Source of the DNA: Bdellovibrionales bacterium
Lineage (GTDB): Bacteria > Bdellovibrionota > UBA1018 > CAIMNF01
NCBI GenBank assembly: GCA_040380025.1
Contig: JBEIJY010000031.1
Location: 1 to 28,514, forward strand
Direction of reading: 5' to 3'
Length of the DNA: 28,514 bases
Below are positions 17,351 to 27,400 of this stretch, piece after piece (position 1 is the stretch's first letter; each line of letters opens with the position of its first letter). The notes under the pieces are model-generated. The model was not told where the DNA came from and did no database searches. It saw only the letters and a list, made by a program, of their open reading frames with translations. The position numbers and the translations under genes were made by a program.

Positions 17351-18313
17351 TTATTTCCCCAAAGAGAACCCGACACTGACGGTGCCGGCGATCATGGTGG
17401 TTGCGTCGGTCTCTCCGGATGTTGCCGGGATCAGACCAAGCAAACCGGCGTGGATGAATGAGAACGAACTCAAAAACACATAGTGACCGATCCCAAACAT
17501 GACCCCTTTGGAATCAGAGGAAAATCCGTATCCGGCATCGAAATGAGTGAGTCCGTAGATGCGACTCCCTTTGAACCGGTTCCGCAGGGCGATCGAAGGC
17601 ATGACATAGATGGGGTTGTTCCGCGTGAATCCGGAAAACCCTCCGATCACCAAACCGCCTTTTCCGGGAGCAATCTCTTCCATGATGGCAAGGTTGAAAT
17701 TAAGGGGAAACGACCCACCCTCGCCATCACCGTTCCCGGCGAATGAGAACGCCGCCCCGGTGCCGATCATGATTTGGGTGGCGGCATCCCGGAAGTCGAG
17801 ATTCGGAATCCGGAAACTTTCGGCCGCAATCATCTCGCCGTTGTTGGGTCCGATCAGGGTCGCCTGGGCCATGATCGAGAATGCGGTCCGATAGACAACA
17901 AGACTCAAAAACGACTCCGCCCCCGTTTTCTTTCCGAGCTCGATCAGCTCCTTTTGATCGGGAGCGCCCCGAGTCACTACGATCCGGTCGCCTTCGACTT
18001 GAACCCGCGGAGCAAGACATTCTTCGCAATGATAAACCTTGGTGGTTTTCCCCTCGGTGATTTCGTGGGTGAGATCCGCAAGGAGGATCGGCTTGAGATG
18101 CTCTTCGAGAGGGGCGGTCATGTCGATCGAGAAAACCGAGAGACTCGCCGGAGCTGGCTTAAGTTCATTGATCCATCGACCGACCTCCTGACCGAGATTC
18201 TTCATCGCCATGAACTCACCTTCGGTCGCCGCTTCGGCTCCAGCGCCGAAGGACAGTCCCGCTGCGGCCAACGCGAACATTCCAAAAAACTTCCACTGAG
18301 TGAACTTGTGCAT
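17351..18313 (-). CDS. Secreted protein: FlgO/CsgG/TolB-N-like domain with CxxC plus probable C-terminal beta-barrel
   Basis: Signal peptide (AEA-A); LIELGKKTGAESFLSLVV...AQATLIGPNNGEMIAAESF; C-terminal alternating Gly/aromatic strands ending VSVGFSLGK. Confidence 0.6.
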   Translation of the reverse strand: MHKFTQWKFFGMFALAAAGLSFGAGAEAATEGEFMAMKNLGQEVGRWINELKPAPASLSVFSIDMTAPLEEHLKPILLADLTHEITEGKTTKVYHCEECLAPRVQVEGDRIVVTRGAPDQKELIELGKKTGAESFLSLVVYRTAFSIMAQATLIGPNNGEMIAAESFRIPNLDFRDAATQIMIGTGAAFSFAGNGDGEGGSFPLNFNLAIMEEIAPGKGGLVIGGFSGFTRNNPIYVMPSIALRNRFKGSRIYGLTHFDAGYGFSSDSKGVMFGIGHYVFLSSFSFIHAGLLGLIPATSGETDATTMIAGTVSVGFSLGK

Positions 18314-18557
18314 ACGGATCCGATCTTTCTCTCGAAACAGTTGGGTGATATAAAATTCGTCGCGGATTTTAACATCGTCGACCTGTTTAATCAACTAAAT
18401 ATTGTTTGATACAGCTCGTGATTTATTTGATTTTAAATTCGCGATTGTTCTGTCTACCGCAAGCTTCTGTCAGCTGAGGTCACTGCAAAGAATATTTATT
18501 TCACCCTCTGGTTGCAGCGAACCAGCAAGCCTCGTACCTTCTTCCCCTGGAGCCCTC

Positions 18558-19163
18558 ATGCCGATTCAACGAAAAAAGTCTTTCCTGAAAAGCACGATCC
18601 TTCACGTCATTTTGATCGGCGCGGTCACGGTGATCCTCACCATCGGGGTGAAATCGCCCGAAACAATCGTCGAGGTGATCTCGCTCGAGAACATCTCGAT
18701 CTCTCGCGGCGTGAAAAAGGCGGTCCATACCGCCGTTCACGCCATCGGACTTCCGCACAAAGAGCCCGAGGCGGAGCACGAAGCGAGCGCCCCTTCGGTA
18801 GAAACCTCTTCGAACCCGAACCCATCACAAGAACAGTCATCCGCTGGGAGCGGAATCCCGGATTCGGTGCTTCAGCAGTACCTGGGCGAAATCCGACAGA
18901 GAATCGAATCGACCAAGCGCTATCCGAAAGATGCACGGATGAACGGACAAGAAGGGATTGTGGGGCTCAGGATTCGCATCGCTCCGGACGGCACCCTGCT
19001 TGAAGTCGAGGTGGAGTCGCCCGCGATGTTTCCTTCATTGAACCAAGCGGCCGTTTCGGCCGTAAAAGCGCATCAAAAATTCCCGGAGGCTCCGTCTTCG
19101 GGTAGTCCACGGACCGAGCCGATCACGCTTCATCTGCCGATCCGGTTCGTCCTCGCGCCCTGA
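18558..19163 (+). CDS. tonB: Energy transducer TonB
   Basis: TM SxxxH-type motif (STILHVIL), YPKDARMNGQEGIVGLRIRIAPDG, LNQAAVSAV, LPIRFVL. GGAG RBS. Confidence 0.88.
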   Translation: MPIQRKKSFLKSTILHVILIGAVTVILTIGVKSPETIVEVISLENISISRGVKKAVHTAVHAIGLPHKEPEAEHEASAPSVETSSNPNPSQEQSSAGSGIPDSVLQQYLGEIRQRIESTKRYPKDARMNGQEGIVGLRIRIAPDGTLLEVEVESPAMFPSLNQAAVSAVKAHQKFPEAPSSGSPRTEPITLHLPIRFVLAP

Positions 19164-19195
19164 GTTTTCGACCTGAAGATCGGCGTTAAAAAATC

Positions 19196-19216
19196 AAATG
19201 CAACTCCATTGCATTT
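19196..19216 (+). promoter_or_regulatory. Palindromic operator, Zur-like box
   Basis: AAATGCAA-CTCCA-TTGCATTT is a perfect 8-5-8 dyad directly upstream of a ZnuD-like receptor. Confidence 0.7.
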
Positions 19217-19233
19217 ATGATAGCGTCCGCCTC

Positions 19234-21243
19234 ATGACTTCCATCTTTGCTCTTTTTTTCGCGATTTTTGGATTTACTTCGTTTGCCTTCGGAGCGGATT
19301 CACCCGGTAGCGAATATCGCCTCCCCGAAATCAGCGTTCTGGGCGGTGCCATGGGCGGATCCGCCTTTGATGCGCTTCCCTCGGTATCGAAGACCGCGGG
19401 CCAGAAACTCGAAAAAAAGAAAAAATCCACCTTGGGAGAAACCCTCTCGAACGAAGCCGGCGTGAGTTCCACCTTCTTCGGGCCGAACTCCTCGCGCCCG
19501 GTGATCCGCGGTCTCGACGGCGATCGGATCCGGATTCTTGAAAACGGAATCGGACTACTCGACGCCTCGGGAGCAAGCCCCGATCATGCCGTGTCGATCG
19601 ACCCCTTGCTCATCGAATCGGTCGAGATTTTGCGCGGCCCCTCGGCCCTTTTGTACGGAAGCACCGCAACCGGCGGGGTGGTGAACATCAAAACCAATCG
19701 CATCGCCGAAACGCCACTTACCGAGGGCATTACAGAAGTCCGCGCGGGCGCCTCTTCGGTCGATGCGGGCCGGACGATCGGCGCACTCTCGCGCTATCGC
19801 CTCGGGGATTTCGTGCTTCATGTCGATGCTTCTTACCGCAAGTCAGACGATTACTCGGTGCCCGCATTCGCACGAACGGCCGCGGAGCGGGCAGAGAGCC
19901 CGCAGGACCCCGAGGAATTCAAAAGGGTCACCAACAGCGGCAACAAAGCCCTGCAAGGTGCAATCGGCGTGAGCCGCCCGTTTCGCGACGGACACATCGG
20001 GATGGCCGTATCGGGCTATCAATCGGAATACGGAACGGTTCAAGAAAAAGAAGTCACGATCGACATGGACCGCGTGCGGGTGGACGCCTCCGGGGAACTG
20101 AGGCGATTCGGGTTTTTGGATTCGATTCGCTTCAAATCTGCGTTCACCAAGTACGAACACACTGAACACGAAGGCGATGAAGTGGAAACGATTTTCGGAA
20201 ACCGCGGGATCGAATCGCGCGTCGATGCAAAAGTGGATTCGCTCTTTTTCGGGCTCCAGCATCAGTACTTCAAATTGAGCGCAAGCGGAAAAGGGGCATT
20301 TCTGCCGACCACGAGGAACTCTTCGCTCGGCGTGTTCGCCCTGAAAGAAGCGAAGTGGGGCCGATTCACTCCGAGCGCGGGAATCCGACTCGAATCGAAC
20401 GGTGTTGCCTCGGAACAATCGTCGAATGCGGATTTCAATCCGGCGGAGTCGAAGAACTTCTTTGCCCCGAGCGCTTCGCTCGGCGTGCAGTACCAGATTC
20501 CGAAGGCGGAGTCTTCGACCCAGGACTGGATTTTGGGACTTCATTCGACGTAGACGGAGCGGGCGCCGAATTATCAGGAACTTTTTGCGAAGGGAGCGCA
20601 CAAAGCGACCGGGATTTTTGAAAAGGGTGATCGCGGTTTCAAGACCGAGAAAAACATCGGGCTTGAACTTTCGGTGAAAACCAAAGGCCCCGCTCACTCG
20701 GGCCGATTCTCGACTTTCTTTCAGAATTACGCGAATTACATCGCGCTTTCGCCGACCGAGGAATTTAGTCTTGGCCTTCGAGAGCACCATTTCAATGCCG
20801 TCCGCGCGCACTGGTTTGGAGCCGAGCTCGAGTACCAGTACACCCTTCCCCAAAAGTTCCTTCACGGACTTTGGGACCTCGAGTTCAGGACCGATTGGGT
20901 TCGGGGCCTCGACCTGACCCGGAACGGAAACCTTCCGCGCGTGACTCCGGTTCGCGCCACGGTCGGGGTGAACTACCAGCATCGCTTGTTTCGCGCGGAC
21001 TTCGAGTTCCAGCGCGTGGAAGGGCAGGGCTTCACGGCCACGAACGAAAGGGCCACACCGGGATTCAACCTTTTGAATTTCGGCCTTGAGGCCCCTGTCA
21101 CCACCGGATTCGGGACCTTCAAAGCGATCTTTCGGGCATCGAACTTGCTTAATGTCGAAGCCCGGAACCATGTGTCCTTCTTGAAGGAAATCGCTCCCCT
21201 TCCCGGCAGAAACCTGTCGATCGGGATTCAGGCGGCAATCTGA
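19234..21243 (+). pseudogene. ZnuD-like TonB-dependent receptor interrupted by a single in-frame TAG (20551-20553)
   Basis: TLGETL, FGPNSSRPVIRG, ASPDHAV, EILRGPSALLYGS, YEHTEHEG. After the TAG the same frame continues TERAPNYQELFAKGAHKAT...NLLNVEARNHVSFLKEIAPLPGRN. Confidence 0.85.
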
Positions 21244-21432
21244 CATAAAACTCGAATCATTTAATTGTTAAGAAAAATTGCATTTTAAGCCCTGTTTTGA
21301 CGCGCTACAATATAAGGAGAAAGGAGCGCGTCGTCAGAGCTTTGTCCAAGGGCGCCAGGCGCCACCCCTTGCAGTCCATAAATACCGATCCTCTCAAGGG
21401 TTTTTCAGTTTCTGACGATCTGATGAGAAGCG

Positions 21433-24400
21433 ATGATCCGTTTGGTTCCTCTTCTCAGCACGATTGCTCGCCCGACACGCCACCTGACACCCGGTTCTCC
21501 GGGTCGCGGAGCTTCATGGCTGTCTATCCCTCTTTTTGTTCTTTCGCTCGCGGTGAGCTCGTGCAAACTCGAGAATCCATTTCAGAAGATCGACCCCGAC
21601 CTGAAGAGCCCACCCTCGGCGGACTCGAACTCCTCCATCACCTCCCCTGGCGCGACCGCGGTAATTCCGGACCACATTGAAATCGTGTCGGGGAATCTCC
21701 AGAGCGGGACAGTCGGAACGAGGCTCTCCCAACTGCTCCAATGGCGTGCGATCGACCAGAACGGGGACCCGATCGCAAACGCGAAATTCCGCGTGAGTGC
21801 GATTTCAACGGGGGGACGCACATCCACCACCTCGATGACCTCCGACTCGAACGGCCTCGTGCGTATGAGCTGGACTCTCGGTGGCTCGCCGGGATCGCAG
21901 ACATTGACGGTGACCGGAACCGACACCTATACGGGATCTCCGAAGATCCTCACCTTCACCGCAACCGCATCTGCGGGAAGTGCGGCGTTTTCGAATTCCT
22001 CGATCTCTGCAAGCGGCCCTGTGCTTGCGGATGGAGCCGACAGCAGCACCATCACCATCCAACTGAGAGACGCGTTCGGGAACGCCGTCGTCGGAGTCAC
22101 GCCCACCTTCTCGGCGACCAACACCAACAACGCGAACACCTATGGAGCCTGCAGTTCGACAAATTCGAGCGGTGTTTCGACCTGCTCGATGGCATCGGGA
22201 TTTGCGGAGTGGAAGGCGGTATCGCTCCGGTCGCCGATCACGAAGGCCGGAAACATCGTTCTGTTTTACCGGTACATCGGAACCAAGGCGAAGCTCGAGT
22301 TCTCGACCACCGCACCCTCCGCCACCACCGCCGGAGCGACGCTTTCGCAATCACCTACCGTGAGGATTCTGGATACCCGGGACCGGCTGGTCTCGGCGTC
22401 CGATTCGATCACGATCGGCATGTTTTCGGATGCCGCGTGCACCACTGCGATCACAACCACTCCCTCGGGTGAGCAGGCGCTCACCGGAACAAAGCAAAAA
22501 AATGCGACCGCAGGGGTCGCTGTGTTCAACAATCTTTCGATCAATCGGGCGGGGATGGTCTACCTGAAGGCCACCTCAGGGACTCTCTCTTCGCCATGCT
22601 CGAGTGCCATCTCGGTCGGAGCAGGAGCGGCATCTGCGAGCCAAAGCTCGGTGACTGTTTCTTCGGCGAGCGTGGCATCAGGATCATCAGTGACCGCAAC
22701 CCTGACCGCGAAGGATGCATTCGGAAACCCTAACCCCTCAGGAATTGCCGGCACGGGATCGATCGCGTTCACCTCGAGCATTGTGGGTGGAACCGGAACC
22801 TTCGGCGGGGTCAGCGATGCGGGATCGGGGATCTATACCGCGGACTTCACCGGTATACTCGCTGGCGTGGTCACGATCGGCGCGACGATATCTTCTGCAG
22901 CGGCTGGAACAAGCGCGAGCCTGACCGTGACGGCCGGAACTGCGACGAAACTCGCCTTCACCGCGGGTCCTTCGGGTGTGAACACCGAGGATTCGGTATT
23001 CACGAACCAGCCGGTGGTGACCGTGCAAGACGCGCAAGGAAACACGGTGACAGGATCCTCCGCTCCGGTGACTCTGGCCATCGGAAGCAATCCCGGATCA
23101 GCATCCCTCGCCGGCGCCATCACGGTTAACGCATCGAACGGAATTGCCACCTTCAGCGGCCTGTACCTCGACGAATCCGGAACCGGATACACGCTCACCG
23201 CAGCGAGCCCGGGGCTTACGAGCATTACGAGCGCAAGCTTTGATGTCGAGCCGAGCTCGGCTACGAATCTGGTGTTTTCGACCGAGCCCTCGACGACCGG
23301 AACCGCTGGCTCGACCTTTGGCATTCAGCCCGTGATTCGGGCGCATGACAACGATGGCGCCACCGTTACGACCTATACAGGAGCCATCACTCTTTCGGCC
23401 TACTCGGACGCATCGTGCACCACTGCAATCTCGAGTACGCCGAACGGAAGCACCCCTCTCGGTGGAACCCTGACCCTGAGTGCCATTGCGGGCGAAAGTA
23501 CATTTTCGGGCCTTTCGGCTCGAATTTCGGGAACAGTATACCTGAAGGCCTCTGCCTCAGGACTCTCGAGCGCCTGTTCGGGTGCGATCACTGTTGCACC
23601 GGGTACGTACTCTGCGGCGGAATCGATCGTGGAGCTCTCGGCAGGCACAGTCTCGTCGGGTTCTTCGGTTACCGCGACGCTCACCACCAAGGATGCCTAT
23701 GGGAATCTCGATCCTTCTGGCCTCCCTGCCTTGGGCTCGATCGCTTTCACCTCGAGCATTGTGGGTGGAACCGGCACCTTTGGCGCGGTCTCGGCGGCGG
23801 GATCTGGCGTGTACACCGCGGACTTCACCGGAGTGCTTGCAGGAGCGGTCACGATCGGTGCCACGATTTCGTCTGTCGCAGTCGGAACCAGCGCGAATCT
23901 TACGGTGAATCCCGGCCCCGCGACGAAACTTGCGTTCACGACCGAAGTTTCGAGCTCGAACACGGCAGGCGCCTCGTTCGGGATACAACCCGTTGTGACG
24001 GTGCAAGATGCGGCGGGGAACACCGTGACCAGCTCCGGTGCGAGCGTTGATCTTGTGATCGGATCGAACCCGGGGGCGGGCACGCTCTCGGGTACTGCGA
24101 CTGTGAGCGCAGTGAACGGTGTCGCAACTTTCTCTGGGCTTTCGATCAATAAAACCGGAACGGGCTACACGCTCATGGCTACCAGTGCTGGGCTCACCGA
24201 TGACACGAGCTCTGGATTCAATGTGATTTCGGGCGCTGCCACTACTCTGGCAATCACCACCCAGCCTTCTGGCTCGAACACTGCTGGTTCTGCTTTTGGT
24301 ACCCAGCCTGTGATCACGGTGTTGGATGCCGAAGGAAACACCGTGACGGGCTCCACTGCCCCTGTGACACTTACAATCGACACGAATCCAGGCTCAGGAA

Positions 24401-27400
24401 CACTCTCAGGCACCGCCACCGTGAACGCAGTGAACGGCGTGGCGACTTTCTCGGGGCTTTCGATCAACAAAACAGGCACAGGCTATACACTGCAGGCCTC
24501 AAGTACGGGGCTCACGGACGATACGAGCACGGCCTTTGATGTGGTTCCGGGGGCGGCGGCTTCGCTTGCCTTCACCACTGAACCCGCGAGCTCTGCCACC
24601 GCCGGTACTGCGATCTCGACCCAGCCGGTGGTGACCGTTCAAGATGCCCAAGGGAATATCGTCACGGGGTCTTCCGCGAGCATTGCACTCTCGGCCTTCT
24701 CGGATGCTTCGTGTACCACCGCGATCGCAACCACTCCGAATGGCTCCAACACCTTGGATGGAACCCTGAGTGTGAGTGCTTCATCGGGAGTGGCGAGCTT
24801 TTCGGATGTGACTGCAAACCGTGCCGGTCCCGTTTATCTTAAGGCCGTGGCGGCGGCCCTTGTGAGCGATTGCTCGAGTGCGGTCACAGTGGAACCGGGT
24901 GTTTACTCGGCATCGGAATCGAACCTTGCGCTTTCGGCGAGTACCGTTGCTTCAGGAAGCTCGGTTACCGCGACTCTTTCAGCCAAAGACCAATTCGGGA
25001 ACTCAAGTCCGTCGGGCTTGCCGGCGTTGGGTTCGATCGGAATGACCTCAAGCAGTGTCGGGGGTACGGGGACATTCAGCGCGATTTCGGATGCGGGATC
25101 GGGTGTCTATACAGCCCAGTTCACGGGGGTGGTTGTCGGAGCCGTCAGTATTGATGCGACGATCTCTTCGGCAGTGGCCGGGGCGAGCGTAAATCTCACG
25201 GTAACGCCGGGATCAGCGTCGAAGCTCACCTTCACGACGAGCCCCTCAAGCCCGAACACCGCCGGTGCACCATTCGGGACCCAGCCCGTGGTGACCGTGC
25301 AAGATGCGGAGGGGAACACCGTCACCGGATCAAATGCCTCGATCGCTCTTGCGATTGGCACGAACCCGGGCTCGGGCACGCTCTCGGGCACGGCTACTGT
25401 CAGTGCTGTGAACGGTGTGGCGACCTTCTCGGGACTCTCTCTGAACAAGGCTGGAACCGGTTACACCCTCACCGCTTCGAGTGCTGGTTTGACGAGCGAC
25501 ACGAGTGCTGCATTTGATGTCGTACCGGGAGCCCCAAGCAAGCTCACTTTCGTGACTGAACCTTCGAGCCCGAACACGGCAGGAGCAGACTTCTCTACCC
25601 AGCCCGTAGTGGCGGTGCAAGATGCCGAAGGGAACACCGTTACCGGCTCCACTGCTTCGATCACTCTGGCCATCGATACGAACCCGAGCTCTGGAACACT
25701 CTCGGGCACGGCGACCGTGAACGCAGTGAACGGTGTGGCCACCTTCTCGGGGCTTTCGATCAATAAATCCGGAACAGGATACACGCTCACTGTAACGAGT
25801 GCTGGCCTTACTGACGATACGAGCTCCGCGTTGGATGTGAATCCGGGCCCTGCCACCACTCTTGCCTTCACCACCGAACCCGCGAACTCTGCCACCGCCG
25901 GTGCCACTCTCTCGACTCAGCCCGTGGTGACCGTGCAAGATGCCGAAGGGAACACTGTCTCAGGCTCTTCTGCAAGCATCGCTCTATCGGCGTTTTCGGA
26001 CTCTTCGTGTACCACCGCCATTTCGACCACGCCCGATGGATCCACCACTTTGGGAGGAACCGTCATCCTGAACGCCTCATCTGGCGTGGCTGGTTTTGCA
26101 GGAATCTCGGCGAATCGCGCAGGAACCGTATACCTGAAAGCCGAGGCTTCGGGCCTTGCAACCGACTGTTCGAGTGCGATCTCGGTAACACCCGGCGCTT
26201 ATACCCTGAGCAACAGCGCGGTCACACTTTCTTCGAGTTCAGTGAACTCGGGCTCGTCCGTCACCGCAACCCTCACCGCCAAGGATGCCTATGGGAATCT
26301 CGATCCTTCTGGCCTCCCCGCCTTGGGCTCGATCGCGTTCACCTCGAGCATTGTGGGTGGAACCGGCACCTTCGGCGCGATCTCGGCGGCGGGTTCTGGC
26401 GTGTATACCGCCTCGTTCACGGGAGCAGTCGCTGGAGCGGTCACGATCGGTGCCACGATTTCCTCAAGTGCGGTTGCGACGAGCGCGAATCTTACGGTGA
26501 ATCCGGGTACCGCGACCAAACTCGCCTTCACGACCGAAGTTTCGAGCTCGAACACGGCCGGAGCCGCCTTCGCGACCCAGCCCGTGGTGACGGTGCAGGA
26601 TGCGGAAGGGAACACGGTGACCAGTTCCGGTGCGAGCGTTGATCTTGTGATCGGATCGAACCCGGGAACAGGAACTCTCTCGGGAACAAGCACCGTCAAT
26701 GCAGTGAACGGTGTCGCGACCTTCTCGGGGCTCTCGATCAATAAAACCGGAACGGGCTATACGCTCACCGCTGCTAGCGCGGGGCTCACAGACGATACGA
26801 GCTCTGCATTCGATGTGACTCCAGGCACTGCCACTACCCTTGCAATCACGACCCAACCTTCGAGCACGAATACAGCAGGAACGGCGTTCGCCACTCAGCC
26901 GGTGGTCACGGTATTGGATGCCGAAGGAAACACCGTGACGGGCTCCACTGCCCCTGTGACTCTCGCGATCGACACGAACCCGAGCGCTGGAACACTCTCG
27001 GGAACTGCCACAGTCAGCGCCGTAAACGGTGTTGCCACCTTCTCGGGCCTTTCGATCAACAAAACAGGCACGGGCTATACACTGAGATCCTCAAGTACGG
27101 GACTCACGGACGATACGAGCACGGCCTTTGATGTGGTTCCCGGTGCGGCAGTTTCTCTTGCCTTCACCACCGAACCCGCGAGCTCTGCGACTGCCGGAGC
27201 CTCTCTCTCGACCCAGCCCGTGGTGACCGTGATGGATGCGGGAGGAAACACCGTTTCAGGCTCCTCTGCAAACATTGAACTTTCGGCTTTCTCGGATGCT
27301 TCGTGCACCACTGCGATTGCGACCACTCCGAATGCCTCCAACACCCTGGACGGGACCCTCACCGTGAACGCGTCTTCGGGTGTGGCAACGTTCACCGGAA

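Noticed and set aside
20551..20553. Amber recoding or pyrrolysine readthrough
   Set aside because: TAG terminates the integrase and the porin at natural C-termini, no pyl genes are in the window, and a Tyr point mutation explains it.
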